From Alphaproteobacteria bacterium (lineage in GTDB: Bacteria > Pseudomonadota > Alphaproteobacteria > GM7ARS4 > G965262615), in NCBI GenBank assembly GCA_965262615.1, contig OZ253545.1, positions 352,001 to 416,000 of the forward strand: a stretch of 64,000 bases of DNA. Direction: 5' to 3'. Made by a program: the position numbers and the translations under genes. Positions 29,921 to 40,564 of the stretch are shown piece after piece; positions within the stretch are counted from its first letter, which is position 1, and every line of letters starts with the position of its first letter. Under the pieces are notes generated by a model that saw only the letters and a program-made list of their open reading frames with translations, ran no database searches and was not told the DNA's origin.

Positions 29921-30765
29921 AAAGCATGAGGCAAGGTTTGGTGATGGCAGGATTGTTTGTGTGCTCGGCAGCCAGTGCGGAGATGTCATTTCAATTTGTG
30001 CCAAAGACGAAACACAAGGATGCACCGCAAAAGGTGATTATTACAATTGAGGGTGATGATGGCACAGTAGAGACCATCACCCATTTCATGATGAAAAAAA
30101 CGCCCCTGCCTGTTGTGGATGGCGTGCCGCCCTCGCCGTGGCGGTATGCTCCCATTATTGCGCGCGCCCGTCCTGATAAAAGTTCTTGGAAGGTGATGGT
30201 GCCGTCTCGCCCGTGGGTGCGTCCCATTATGCGCATGACAGCCTCTGTGCCGCCCAAGAATGAATTGCTTTTTTTGCAGCTGGATGAGGGGGTCTTGGCT
30301 ATTCGCATGCGCGATGACCTTGCACCACAAACGGTTGCCAAAATGAAACAATGGGTGAGCCAAGGAGCGTTTGATGGCGTTGCTTTTGCGCGCGTCGTGC
30401 GGGGATTGATGGCACAGACAACGCCTCCCACCAACAGTGATGAGAGTCTGCAAGCGGAGCTATCACCCGTTCCCTATTTGCGTGGCACGGTGGGCATGAT
30501 GCGTGACGCGGATGATGTCAATTCTGCCGATGGGTCATTTTTCATTACATTTGCACCGACTTCTTTTTTATCGGGGCAATACAGTGCGTGGGGCGATGTG
30601 GTGCGCGGCATGGATTTGTTGACTCACATCAAACGAGGGCATCCGCAAACGGGATGGGTGGATGATGCTCCCACCATCATTCGCCGAGCCTATCTGGGAC
30701 GAGACATGAATCAAGATGAATTCGCCACCATCATGCAGCCACTGCCCGCCATGGGCGGACGCTAA
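29917..30765 (+). CDS. Cyclophilin-type PPIase with signal peptide and N-terminal extension
   Basis: DLAPQTV, FARVV..MAQT, RGTVGM and GQYSAWG.VV.GM motifs; follows coaD. Confidence 0.75.
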   Translation: MKSMRQGLVMAGLFVCSAASAEMSFQFVPKTKHKDAPQKVIITIEGDDGTVETITHFMMKKTPLPVVDGVPPSPWRYAPIIARARPDKSSWKVMVPSRPWVRPIMRMTASVPPKNELLFLQLDEGVLAIRMRDDLAPQTVAKMKQWVSQGAFDGVAFARVVRGLMAQTTPPTNSDESLQAELSPVPYLRGTVGMMRDADDVNSADGSFFITFAPTSFLSGQYSAWGDVVRGMDLLTHIKRGHPQTGWVDDAPTIIRRAYLGRDMNQDEFATIMQPLPAMGGR

Positions 30766-31385
30766 TCGGCTTGTTGTCCAAAGTGAGGGCTATCGTCACG
30801 CTTGAGATAAGCGTCCTCCTGTGGTGTGTTCGCGCGCTCCAGCACGGCATTGCGATGGGGAAATCTGCCGAACTGGGCGATGATATCATAGTGTTGCTGG
30901 GCAAAATCGGACGCGTATTGCAGTGCTTTTTGGTGATGAGGATGGCGCGCCTCATCCACCAATGATTGGTAGAGCGTGAGAGATTCTTTTTGCCGTTCCA
31001 GCGATTCGCTGTGTTGCCATGGCAAATAATAAAATTGACGACACACGAGCGGCAATTGCTGTGGGTATCCACGCGCCACACCATCCATTGCCAATGACAG
31101 AGCCTTGTCATCGTGAGCAAAGGCTTGGGGCGTGCCGCGATGCAGCTGACGGCTGAATTGATCCAGCACAATAATCAGTGCCAGTGAGCCCAGTGATCCA
31201 TTGCGCTGTTCGTGCCAATCATCCAGTGCATCAGTGGTGGCAAGAGTATGCAACGCGCCAAATTGCTCTTTGATGCGGTCGTCATCATCTGGGGAGGCTT
31301 GAAACCACAGTTTGGAGCGGTCATCCTGAACCCAGCCATCGCGAATGGTCCCAAACCAAAAATCTATGACGGCTTGCGGTGACAT
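30762..31385 (-). CDS. DUF924-family protein
   Basis: IDFWF, IIVLDQFSR, YLPWQHSE and FGRFPHRN motifs. Confidence 0.9.
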   Translation of the reverse strand: MSPQAVIDFWFGTIRDGWVQDDRSKLWFQASPDDDDRIKEQFGALHTLATTDALDDWHEQRNGSLGSLALIIVLDQFSRQLHRGTPQAFAHDDKALSLAMDGVARGYPQQLPLVCRQFYYLPWQHSESLERQKESLTLYQSLVDEARHPHHQKALQYASDFAQQHYDIIAQFGRFPHRNAVLERANTPQEDAYLKRDDSPHFGQQAD

Positions 31386-32171
31386 TCACACACCCCACAG
31401 CAATGCACCGCCCAAAAGCAGTCGGTACACGACAAATATTGTAAAACGAGCCGAGCGTAGCCATGCCATCATGGCACGAATGGCAAGCCATGCCACAACA
31501 AACGAGGCAACAAACACAATTGCGCCATCGTGTGTGAGTTCAGGCAACGGCGAGGTCACAAGGGTGAGAGTGACCGCTCCCACAATGATGGGAATGGACA
31601 TGAGCAAGGAGAGATGCGCCGCGCTGCGTCTTTCAAACCCCATGAGGCGCGCCGCCGTGATGACGCATCCCGCGCGAGACGCACCCACAATGAAAGAAAA
31701 GCATTGTGCCACGCCCAGTGCCGCCGCGTGAGAAAATGCGAGGCGGTCTGTTTTTTTCACCGTCATGGAAAAGCGATCCGCGCCGTAGAGCAAAAGGGCA
31801 AACACGATGTTTGCCACCGCCACCACCTCCAGTGTGCGCATCCATTGCCACAAGCCCCAGTAATGCAAAAGCCCCCCCACCATGATGGCTGGAAGGCTTG
31901 CCATGATGAGCATCATCAGCATGGCTTTGCCGCGATGATTTTTGCCGCGCACCACAGCATACGCCGCCCCCGCCAACTGACCCATATCATGACGCACATA
32001 CACCATGACAGCACACACGACGCCGCCGTGTGCCATCACATCCAATGCGGGATTATGAGCGATGCCTTGCAGTGCCGTCAGCAAAAACAAATGCGCCGAT
32101 GAACTGACGGGAAGAAACTCCGTCACCCCCTGCACAAAGGCAAGCAGCAGGAGGAGATCAAGAGAAATCAT
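31386..32171 (-). CDS. uppP: Undecaprenyl-diphosphatase
   Basis: QGVTEFLPVSSSAH motif, GASRAG, multiple TM helices. Confidence 0.9.
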   Translation of the reverse strand: MISLDLLLLLAFVQGVTEFLPVSSSAHLFLLTALQGIAHNPALDVMAHGGVVCAVMVYVRHDMGQLAGAAYAVVRGKNHRGKAMLMMLIMASLPAIMVGGLLHYWGLWQWMRTLEVVAVANIVFALLLYGADRFSMTVKKTDRLAFSHAAALGVAQCFSFIVGASRAGCVITAARLMGFERRSAAHLSLLMSIPIIVGAVTLTLVTSPLPELTHDGAIVFVASFVVAWLAIRAMMAWLRSARFTIFVVYRLLLGGALLWGV

Positions 32172-32868
32172 TCACAAATTGACGAAAAGCCGCGCGTGGG
32201 TCACTCGCGTGAATGATGGGACGACCCACCACGACATAGTCTGCACCCGCTTGATGGGCTTCTTGAGGAGTCAATCTGTGTGTGTGGTCATCACGCGCAT
32301 GACTCGCGGCGCGCACGCCGGGGGTCACAATGCAACAATTCGGATGGTGCGCGCGCAATTGGGAAACGACTGCGCCCGAAGCGACAAAGGCGTTTGCTCC
32401 GTGCCGCACCGCTTCATCACTGCGTTTGAGGAGGGTGGCATCATCCATGTCCCCATCGCTGGAGAGACGCGTCACAAAAAGACATATCGTTTGAGGATTG
32501 TCACGCTTTGCCAATGCCTTGAGAGCGTGAGGCATCGTGCTGGGAGAGCCATTGACGGTGAAAAAGTCTATTCGCTTATCGGCGGGGATATTGTCAATGG
32601 CATGACGCACGGTTTCTCCAATGTCCCCCAGTTTGAGGTCAAGAAAGATACGCTTGCCCTTTTTTTGCAAAAAATCCACAGCTTGAAAATGATACTTCAT
32701 GAACAGCCGAAATCCCACTTTATAAAACGGCACATTGCCACCCATTTTTGTGACAAACGCCTTCATCTCACCAATGTCATCCATGTCCAATGAGACAATT
32801 ACCCGCTCTGCCTTGGACAAAAGGGCTTGAGACCTTGCTTCAGGTAAGACTTCAGGGCTTCTCATCAT
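32158..32868 (-). CDS. pyrF: Orotidine-5'-phosphate decarboxylase
   Basis: FLDLKLGDI, VTPGVR and VVGRPI motifs; start uncertain. Confidence 0.92.
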   Translation of the reverse strand: MMRSPEVLPEARSQALLSKAERVIVSLDMDDIGEMKAFVTKMGGNVPFYKVGFRLFMKYHFQAVDFLQKKGKRIFLDLKLGDIGETVRHAIDNIPADKRIDFFTVNGSPSTMPHALKALAKRDNPQTICLFVTRLSSDGDMDDATLLKRSDEAVRHGANAFVASGAVVSQLRAHHPNCCIVTPGVRAASHARDDHTHRLTPQEAHQAGADYVVVGRPIIHASDPRAAFRQFVNDFS

Positions 32869-32926
32869 GAGCAACGCCCCATCATACCAGCTAAACAATC
32901 GTTTAGCAATTCACTAGAATGCCGTC

Positions 32927-33787
32927 ATGGAGCAGGTTATTTTCTTTGGCTACGGTTATACGGCTCGTCATGTGTCGCCGTTGTTGCGTCAGCAGGGATT
33001 TTCTTTGGTGGGCACGCGGCGGGGTGGTCAGACGGATGATGATGTGTCGGTTCTGCCCTTTGATGATGCTCGCCCCTTGCCATCGGATGTTGTGTCATCG
33101 GCGACTGGCATTGTTGTGTCCATTGCTCCTGATGAGCATGGTGGCGATCGGGTGTTGCATCATCATGGTGCGGCGTTGGCGGTTTCGCCTCATTTGCGTT
33201 GGGTGGTGTATCTCTCCAGCAGCAGTGTCTATGGGGATCATGGCGGTGCGTGGGTGGATGAAGACGATGAACTCAAAGCCACGCACGATGTGGGATGCCG
33301 CCGCATTCGCGCCGAACAGCAGTGGCGCGATTGGCACGCAGATGCTTCTCATGTGTCTCTCATCATCTGTCGTCTTGCTGGCATTTATGGCAGAGGACGC
33401 TCGGCTCTTGCATCACTCAAGCGGAGGCGCGCTCGGCGCATTGTCAAAAAGGGACAGTGGTTTGGGCGTATTCATGTGGAGGATGCAGCGTCCGTCATCG
33501 CTGCCGCCATTGCCGCCATGCCAAAGGGATGCACCATTTACAATGTTTGTGATGATGAGCCCGCGCCGCCTCAAGATGTCGTCACCTACGCCGCTCAATT
33601 GCTCACAATGACACCGCCGCCACTGGAAGACATCGCCACCGCGCGGCTCTCTCCCATGATGGCATCTTTTTATGAGGGCAGCAAAAGATTGCGCAATTCC
33701 AAGATCAAAAAGAATCTGGGCGTGTCGCTGCGCTATCCCACCTACAAAGACGGTTTGACCGCCCTGATGAGAGAATGGAGCGATTGA
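32927..33787 (+). CDS. NAD-dependent epimerase/SDR-family protein
   Basis: FGYGYTA, YLSSSSVYGD, RLAGIYG and RIHVED motifs. Confidence 0.85.
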   Translation: MEQVIFFGYGYTARHVSPLLRQQGFSLVGTRRGGQTDDDVSVLPFDDARPLPSDVVSSATGIVVSIAPDEHGGDRVLHHHGAALAVSPHLRWVVYLSSSSVYGDHGGAWVDEDDELKATHDVGCRRIRAEQQWRDWHADASHVSLIICRLAGIYGRGRSALASLKRRRARRIVKKGQWFGRIHVEDAASVIAAAIAAMPKGCTIYNVCDDEPAPPQDVVTYAAQLLTMTPPPLEDIATARLSPMMASFYEGSKRLRNSKIKKNLGVSLRYPTYKDGLTALMREWSD

Positions 33788-34509
33788 CCGAGCCAATCGA
33801 GATCGCGCGGCTCCGACAGGCGATGGTCACCATTTTTTAGCAGAATCAGGGCGGCATCGTCACTGCGAACGGCATTGAGAATTTGGTGCGAATAATGAAA
33901 TGGAACGCTGTCATCGTGCGTGCCATGAATCAGCCGCAAGGGGCAGTGAATGTCAATGGGCGCGTCCAGCAGATTGTGCGCGCGGCTGTCATCAATGAGG
34001 TGTTGCGTGATGGGATAGGGGTCGCCATCGGGATGAGACGATTCAATCATGACGGTTTCCCCTTGCGCCAGTTTTTCTTTGGTGTCGGTGGGCAATGGGT
34101 CATAAAGCAGTTGAGTGATGCAATCGGGCGCGGCGGCAATGCCCAGCAGAGCCGCCACTTTTTGAGGGCGAGCCAGAGCCGTCAAAAGCATCAGCCAGCC
34201 GCCCAAGCTTGAGCCCACCACAATCACATCATCATCGCCGGTCAGAGAATCAATCACCGCCAGACAATCCTGAAGCCACAGCGACACCGAACATTGCGCC
34301 AAATTGCCCGAAGACTCGCCATGGGCACTCAAATCAAAGCGGACGAAGCTGATGTCCATCGTGCGACACCATTCCTCAACAAAACAGGCTTTGCCGCCGT
34401 CTTTGTCGGAACGAAAGCCATGAATAAAAACCACATGCAGCGGTCGCTTGCATGACAATTGGACATAGTGTAATTGAGAGCCGTGCTCAGTGGTGAGAAT
34501 TGCACTCAT
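33742..34509 (-). CDS. Alpha/beta hydrolase
   Basis: HGFRSD, GSSLGG, HGTHDDSVP and GDHRLS motifs. Confidence 0.88.
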   Translation of the reverse strand: MSAILTTEHGSQLHYVQLSCKRPLHVVFIHGFRSDKDGGKACFVEEWCRTMDISFVRFDLSAHGESSGNLAQCSVSLWLQDCLAVIDSLTGDDDVIVVGSSLGGWLMLLTALARPQKVAALLGIAAAPDCITQLLYDPLPTDTKEKLAQGETVMIESSHPDGDPYPITQHLIDDSRAHNLLDAPIDIHCPLRLIHGTHDDSVPFHYSHQILNAVRSDDAALILLKNGDHRLSEPRDLDWLGQSLHSLIRAVKPSL

Positions 34510-34565
34510 GCATCCACCATAGAGCGATATGGTCTATGGGTAAAGGCTATGGTAGGAGTGAGGCG

Positions 34566-34639
<74 letters not shown>

Positions 34640-34653
34640 CACCAAGAGAAGAG

Positions 34654-34965
34654 ATGATGGAAAAGAAAGTTTTTATTTATCAAAAACAAAAAAAAGCAAC
34701 GCAATCGGCAGAACCTTCTGTGCGATGGTGTCTGGCATGGAATCATGACAGAGCCCCCATGGATAGCCTCACAGGATGGACGGGCAGTCATGCCGATGGC
34801 GCACCGCCATTGATGTTTGCCAGTCGCGAACAAGCCATCGCCTATGCCACCCGCGCGGGATTGACCTATCAGCTAGAAGAGCCGCCCCTCGCGCCCGTCA
34901 AAGGCAAAAGTTATGCCGCCCAATTTAAGAAAAAACCGCCAAGGCCCCGTAGCTCAGATGGATAG
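34654..34965 (+). CDS. NDUFS4-like ETC complex I subunit
   Basis: IYQ..K.ATQS, DSLTGWTGS, L.F.SREQAIAYA and KSYA motifs. Confidence 0.8.
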   Translation: MMEKKVFIYQKQKKATQSAEPSVRWCLAWNHDRAPMDSLTGWTGSHADGAPPLMFASREQAIAYATRAGLTYQLEEPPLAPVKGKSYAAQFKKKPPRPRSSDG

Positions 34966-35019
34966 AGCAGCGGATTTCTAATCCGCCGGTCGCAGGTTCG
35001 AGTCCTGCCGGGGTCACCA
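34943..35019 (+). tRNA. tRNA-Arg(TCT)
   Basis: GGCCCCGTAGCTCAGATGGATAGAGC-GCGGA TTTCTAA TCCGC-...GGTTCGAGTCC..GGGGTCACCA. Confidence 0.95.
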
Positions 35020-35030
35020 AAAGTGCGTCC

Positions 35031-37814
35031 CTAAAAAATAGAAACAGGTTTAGGCATTCTCGTATTGCTGAGCACTGCCACCGAGACATCAATCAGACCC
35101 TTTGCCGGTTCGCCTTTTTCATTGAGAATTCTAAACAACGCCGCTCTCCCTTGCATGCTTACCGTGAAAGGCTCATTGTACCATGTCCAGTTTTCGCCAT
35201 TGTGAATGCGCGTCACTTTAGCGCCGATGACCGCTCGTTTGCTTTCCGGTTCTATTTGTGGGGTTTCAAGAGCAATCAAGCCCGGACGGATGGGCCATTG
35301 TTGCGATGTATCATTGGTGGTGTTCAAACTTTTGTATTGTCTCGTTGTGATGTTCTTATCCAGTGCAAACACAATATCGCTTATGGTCAGCGTGGGAATA
35401 GAGTCATCTGTGACCGCATCGGTGATGGAGACCCGAACTTTGACGGAAAAACGACGCGTCGTGATGGCAGCGAAGGGATCTTTATAAACTGTGCTATTAT
35501 CACCATGGACGCTATAGCTGACCCGATAATTGGCATGGGAAAAAAATGCAAAACTGTAATACATTTCCAAAGCAAGATAGAAAGTCATTTCTTTGCCGAG
35601 ATCGAATGTCTCTGTTTCAAATTCAAAATTGCGCGCCAAACCGGCATAGCCTCCGATGGTGCTCGCCAGTTGACTGATGCCATTGTCTAAATCGCCGATG
35701 GTCTTATCTGAGCCAGTCTCTAATTGACCCTTTTGATTGAGAAAACATTTTTTAAAAGACCCTTTCCAGTTATTTGCTTGGGTGCTGTAGGAAAAGTCTA
35801 AATCACTTGTTTTGGAATAAGGAATCGTATGACGAATCGTTGTGGGTTCGGATAAAGCACTGCCGAAAGAGACGCTTTGGACGCGAAAAAAATAATGACC
35901 AAACGAAGGTGTTGAAATATCCAGAATAGTGTTCTTGGCATAGGGGAAAAGAGTTTCCATTTTGTTTAGATTCTTTCCGTAAGACACGCGAAAGTGTCTG
36001 TAATTCAAAGGATTTCTGACATCCCATGATAAGCGCAAAGTGGAGGAATTGATCTTTGTGACGCGCAGATTGGTGGGTTTGGGAGGAATGGCATCAAAAA
36101 CGGCATCATGGATGAAGACAATGCTCCAGTCGCTCATTTTGCCAAAAACATTCCCAGAGCGCAGGCGGAATTCATATTTAACCAGCTGTCCATAGTGAGA
36201 AATCAGAGCTGGGTCAATGGTGACATAGGTTTCGGTGAGTGCGCCATCAATGGTGAGGGACTGCCATGCTGTCGATCTTTTTTGGCGATAGTTCAATTCA
36301 TAATGGCGCACAGAGTCCGATCCATCGGCTTCCCATTGCACTAAGATGCGGTAGATGTACTTGCCGTTGGGGAATTGCTGGCGATACTGAATTCCTGAAT
36401 AAATGCTGACGCCACTGGGCGGGCGCAGTAAGGGACGGCGCGGCAACTGGCTATTGGGAGCGAGATCGCGACTGGAAGGCTCACCCAGATTCCAATCATA
36501 AATCGCCGCGGCATACTCACGCAGCAGCAGCGTGATGCCGCCGCCCATATCAATGCGCCAAGAAATGACGCGAAACAACTTATCCTTGTATCCCAATTGG
36601 GCGATGGTGACCTTCACCACATCCCACACGGCGATGGTGAGCGCGCTCAATTGGGCGGGAAATTCAATCATGGTGGATTGGCGCGCCTCTTCAAGGAAAA
36701 TTTTTGCCAAGTGGCGCGCTTCGGTTTCATCCGTGGTGGCGGGCAGTTCAATGTTGCGGGCGATACGGTCGCCACCATCTTGCGATTCATACATGTGATT
36801 GAGAACCATCGGGAACTCACACGCCTCCCAGTTGGCATCCTTATTGATAAAAGTGCCCCGCACCGCATTGAACAGTTCCGCTCGTGAGGGGCGAGGGGTC
36901 AATTTGATGGGGGCGCGCAGGTCATTTTCTGTCAGCCTGCCCACAGGCGTTGTGGCGACCCCCACATGCAGACGATACTTGCCATTGGTATAGACCAATG
37001 TGCCCGCACAGGATGTCAGCAAGTCTTCCAGAATGTTGGCACAGGAATCTTGCAAAATCACTTCGGTGTTGAGGCGATAGCGTTTGCGCCGCAATTGCTG
37101 GCGATTGATCACAATTTTTTCATCACAACTGTTGGCTGCCGCCTTCCAATAATTCCAATCAATCTCTGAGTCGCGCGCCATGCCACCATCGCTATGACGC
37201 AAGTAAGCCAATATGCATAACGCCGGATTATCACTCCATTTTATTTTTTGATCGCGAGGGTCATACACTTTCATCCCTTTGACATTCATCGTGATGGTGG
37301 GAATGCCGCGTGTCCAAATATTGGCATCCCATTCCACCCGTGCATACACATAGCAAATGCCATGTCCTCTGTGCGAGGTGCTCCAATCGGGGCATGCGGC
37401 AATCAAGTTTGTTGCGGGTTGATTGTTGTCGCCACTGAAAAATTCGGTGCGCACTTTATTTTTGATGGCATCGTCTGTGGCGTTGTAATCATCAAATTTA
37501 ATATTGCTCACCGCATGGCAGGCATGTCCCGCCAGAGCGATGACAAGGTGCAGGTATTTTTTATTGTGTCCCGAACTGTCGGCAAAGATGAGCACGCCTC
37601 CTGTGTTGATTTCACCGAAAACCATGCGTTGCGGCTCTGCGGATGCTCGCACATTATGCTTGCGTGTTTGTGCCGCTTGGTTGAGATTGACATTGCGCTG
37701 CTTTGAGCGAATCAAACCAAAAGAGACAATATCCAGCGTTTTGGAGACAGCCTTTGTCGTAAAACGCAGAGCCTTCTTGACCACTTTTTTGATGCCGCCG
37801 ATAAACCCGCCCAT
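35031..37814 (-). CDS. Tail tip / host-specificity J-like protein with FN3-like domains
   Basis: VKGMKVYDPR, WSDNPALCILAYL, FNAVRGTF and LREYAAAIYDW motifs; last gene of the tail module. Confidence 0.85.
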   Translation of the reverse strand: MGGFIGGIKKVVKKALRFTTKAVSKTLDIVSFGLIRSKQRNVNLNQAAQTRKHNVRASAEPQRMVFGEINTGGVLIFADSSGHNKKYLHLVIALAGHACHAVSNIKFDDYNATDDAIKNKVRTEFFSGDNNQPATNLIAACPDWSTSHRGHGICYVYARVEWDANIWTRGIPTITMNVKGMKVYDPRDQKIKWSDNPALCILAYLRHSDGGMARDSEIDWNYWKAAANSCDEKIVINRQQLRRKRYRLNTEVILQDSCANILEDLLTSCAGTLVYTNGKYRLHVGVATTPVGRLTENDLRAPIKLTPRPSRAELFNAVRGTFINKDANWEACEFPMVLNHMYESQDGGDRIARNIELPATTDETEARHLAKIFLEEARQSTMIEFPAQLSALTIAVWDVVKVTIAQLGYKDKLFRVISWRIDMGGGITLLLREYAAAIYDWNLGEPSSRDLAPNSQLPRRPLLRPPSGVSIYSGIQYRQQFPNGKYIYRILVQWEADGSDSVRHYELNYRQKRSTAWQSLTIDGALTETYVTIDPALISHYGQLVKYEFRLRSGNVFGKMSDWSIVFIHDAVFDAIPPKPTNLRVTKINSSTLRLSWDVRNPLNYRHFRVSYGKNLNKMETLFPYAKNTILDISTPSFGHYFFRVQSVSFGSALSEPTTIRHTIPYSKTSDLDFSYSTQANNWKGSFKKCFLNQKGQLETGSDKTIGDLDNGISQLASTIGGYAGLARNFEFETETFDLGKEMTFYLALEMYYSFAFFSHANYRVSYSVHGDNSTVYKDPFAAITTRRFSVKVRVSITDAVTDDSIPTLTISDIVFALDKNITTRQYKSLNTTNDTSQQWPIRPGLIALETPQIEPESKRAVIGAKVTRIHNGENWTWYNEPFTVSMQGRAALFRILNEKGEPAKGLIDVSVAVLSNTRMPKPVSIF

Positions 37815-38281
37815 TACACTCTCCACCCCATAAACGCACGGTCAATAGAAAATGACGCAAGCCCCCCCAAAGACAGAGCCTTGACAAAAACACCGCTTAA
37901 ATCCACCACCCCCACAATGGGCTGTCCAGCCGAGCCGCGAACGGAATACGAATGCACCAGAGCAATATCCCCGCGCTGCAAAAAAGAAGGCGATATTTTC
38001 TCAAAGTCTTTTAAGATCAGCGACAGTGCCCGCGGCAAAAAATGACGGTGGTCGTCATCATTTTCCTCGCGCAACAGAGCCTTCATCACATAATGAGATT
38101 TTTTGGCACTGGCGTAGGAAGGAACATTTCTCATGGGATTGTGATTGGTCATGGCTTTGATGGCACGGCTTGCGAAGTGACAGCAATCGCTTGTGCCAAA
38201 AACAAATGACTGTCCTTCCATGTGGGAAAAATAGTCATTGAGCCGTTGCTCCCAGTCGGTGAGGCGGGTGTGGGTGCTCAT
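37814..38281 (-). CDS. Tail-associated NlpC/P60-like (DUF6950-type) protein
   Basis: DWEQRL, FVFGTSDCCHF, QRGDIAL, ends WRV; position before J. Confidence 0.75.
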   Translation of the reverse strand: MSTHTRLTDWEQRLNDYFSHMEGQSFVFGTSDCCHFASRAIKAMTNHNPMRNVPSYASAKKSHYVMKALLREENDDDHRHFLPRALSLILKDFEKISPSFLQRGDIALVHSYSVRGSAGQPIVGVVDLSGVFVKALSLGGLASFSIDRAFMGWRV

Positions 38282-38874
38282 CACGCGCTGCCCCATTCAA
38301 TTTCTTGATGGGCGGTGCGCGTGACAAAAGAAAAAAACCGATCACTGCCATCGGTCGCCACATGGCTCTCGGAAGTGTAGCGTTTGATGCGAGGATATTC
38401 CCAGTCGGCAAGCAAATTTTTCAGCGTCAAAGAAATAGAGGCATCTTCGCCAAGAGATAGCGACATATTATCCATCCGACCCTGAAACAACAGCAGAGGG
38501 TCTTGAACCAATTGATGGTCGTCATCAAAAAAAACGATAAAAATCTTGCCATTGCGTCCTTGATAATGCTCTTGCAACGCCAAGGAAATCAGATGAGAAG
38601 GAATGCCACTCAATTGCAATTGCACACTGTAGGGACGAATTTCCGCTCCTTCTTCAAAAGAGGAGACCTCAAGCAAATCTCCCACCGCCGTGAAAATTTC
38701 CTTTTGATTGTCGTCATTGCTGTCAAAGGCGATATCGGAGGAGGCATCAGTGAGACGAATATGTCCCGAGAGAAAGTGCAAATCCACAAGAATGATGGGA
38801 CCAATCACCACGGAGGATTGGCTGGCTTGTTGCATCTGTTGCGAGATATGGCGAGAGGATTGTTGCGTCTGCAT
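38281..38874 (-). CDS. Tail hub / baseplate-type protein
   Basis: AVGDLLEVS..EE, LSGIP, LFQGRMD and RYT..H...DRFF.FV motifs; position in module. Confidence 0.7.
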   Translation of the reverse strand: MQTQQSSRHISQQMQQASQSSVVIGPIILVDLHFLSGHIRLTDASSDIAFDSNDDNQKEIFTAVGDLLEVSSFEEGAEIRPYSVQLQLSGIPSHLISLALQEHYQGRNGKIFIVFFDDDHQLVQDPLLLFQGRMDNMSLSLGEDASISLTLKNLLADWEYPRIKRYTSESHVATDGSDRFFSFVTRTAHQEIEWGSA

Positions 38875-39536
38875 CAGGGATAGCTCTCTATGAGTTCAAA
38901 TTGCATGGAGGCTTGATTCATTTTTTCAAAAGAGAATCGGCTTTGTTTGTCGTTGGCGAGACGCATGACGCAAAAACAATCATGGGTGATGATGCGACTG
39001 CCATCACGGGGCGGCAGGCGCAGCACAGGCGTGATGGCAAGATGAGCGACACCGTCAGACATCACAACGGCATCGCTGGTGAGGCTATGGAGTGCGTTGT
39101 GTCCATTGGCGAGCAAAATCGTGATGGTGTCTCCTTTTTTCAAGACGGTGCTGTCGCCATTTTTTTGCTGCCACCCTCGTGTGACAAGCTGCGAGCCCTT
39201 TTGATTCGCTCCCTTGATGACGGGCGCGCCACTGGCGTGTCCTTTGGGAGTTTTGCCATGAGGCGGAAAAAAGAGAAACTTCCTCTGAGGGCCATTGAGG
39301 GACAAAATAAATGCCGTCACCTGACGCACCATCTCTTCGCCATGAAGAGCATAGCTCACATGAGCGCGCCAGTGAGAATTGGGATTGGCGAGCAGTTGGG
39401 TGTAGCCCGTGAGGGGAGAGGTGTAGCTTTGGGTGTGTGTCACCAGTTCCCATTGCATGCGGGTGGGGGCTGGATTGGTCATCCAGCGGCGCAGCGAAGG
39501 AATGGTGGAGATGCTGATGCCTGAGTTTTGCGTCAT
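38874..39536 (-). CDS. Distal tail protein-like
   Basis: SPLTG..Q, W.A, F..SLNG and I.P.LR motifs; directly after tape measure. Confidence 0.65.
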   Translation of the reverse strand: MTQNSGISISTIPSLRRWMTNPAPTRMQWELVTHTQSYTSPLTGYTQLLANPNSHWRAHVSYALHGEEMVRQVTAFILSLNGPQRKFLFFPPHGKTPKGHASGAPVIKGANQKGSQLVTRGWQQKNGDSTVLKKGDTITILLANGHNALHSLTSDAVVMSDGVAHLAITPVLRLPPRDGSRIITHDCFCVMRLANDKQSRFSFEKMNQASMQFELIESYP

Positions 39537-39592
39537 GAGATGACAGCAAGGTAAGGGTTTTGCGGGTGATGGCTATGGCGTAATGGTGCGTG

Positions 39593-40534
39593 TTAGCGTC
39601 TTCCCATGGCGCGCGCATAGGAGCCACCCTCAAAAGAGCGGTGTGCGACTTCATCGGCGCCGGCGCGAGCGGCTTTTTGCACAATGCGCGGCTCTTCCTC
39701 CCGCAAGACGGCGCGAATGCGCTCTTCAACGCCTGAATCGGCGCCGCGCGCATCAATGTGATTGTTAATCACCACCGATGCTGACCCCCCGCCGCCACCG
39801 GCGGCAACGCCCAGCTCCCCCGAGGACAAACGGCGCAGCGGCATGATGGCTTCAGGTCCCGCCTCCCCCATCATGCCAAGCGGAAAGAGGGTGGATGAGC
39901 CCACAACGCCGCCGCGAGCAAAAGGAATCACCTCGCCGTGTTCAAACACGCCTCCTTTGGCAAAAAAGAAATTGGAGATTGTGTCCACAATGCTACCGAA
40001 ACCGCCGCCACCTAAAAAATTACCGATAAGACTCCCGCCGCCGCCTGATCCAACGCCAAACAAACTGCCCAATCCACCGCTCAGAGAACCAAAGAGCGCA
40101 CTAATGCCGCCGTCAATCAGTTTATCAAAAAGATTGCCGCCCAAGCCCTTCAAAATGCCGCCGATGTCCGGCGCATTCCATTCTCCCTTCAAAATGCCAT
40201 CCTTCAGGGTGTCTTTGAGCTCCGTGCCGATACTTTCGGTCGCCTCTTCAACTTCGTCTGAAAAATCTTTCGGCTTCAGCGCAATATCTGAGACAAAGTC
40301 ATTAAATCCTTTTTCAATGGCATTGGCACTGGCATCAAGGCTTTTGATTAGGCTCTCTCCGAATGAATCGCTGCCTTTGGCGGTTTTCTTGCTGCTTTCA
40401 GCAAGCTTGTCACTGCATTCTTCAAGTTTTTTGCTGTTGGCGGCGATGCGGTCAAAGGCGCGTTGCATTTCCTCCTGCTGTTCGGGGGAATAGTTAAAGA
40501 CGGCGGTGGTGAGTCTTCCTATGGGGGCTTCCAT
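39593..40534 (-). CDS. Short tail tape measure protein (313 aa)
   Basis: Helical N-terminus, Gly-rich segment, FAKGG..PFARGGVV..MGEAGPEAIMPLRR motif. Confidence 0.85.
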   Translation of the reverse strand: MEAPIGRLTTAVFNYSPEQQEEMQRAFDRIAANSKKLEECSDKLAESSKKTAKGSDSFGESLIKSLDASANAIEKGFNDFVSDIALKPKDFSDEVEEATESIGTELKDTLKDGILKGEWNAPDIGGILKGLGGNLFDKLIDGGISALFGSLSGGLGSLFGVGSGGGGSLIGNFLGGGGFGSIVDTISNFFFAKGGVFEHGEVIPFARGGVVGSSTLFPLGMMGEAGPEAIMPLRRLSSGELGVAAGGGGGSASVVINNHIDARGADSGVEERIRAVLREEEPRIVQKAARAGADEVAHRSFEGGSYARAMGRR

Positions 40535-40564
40535 GGTGTATCCTCTGTGATGATGGGGAGGGAT

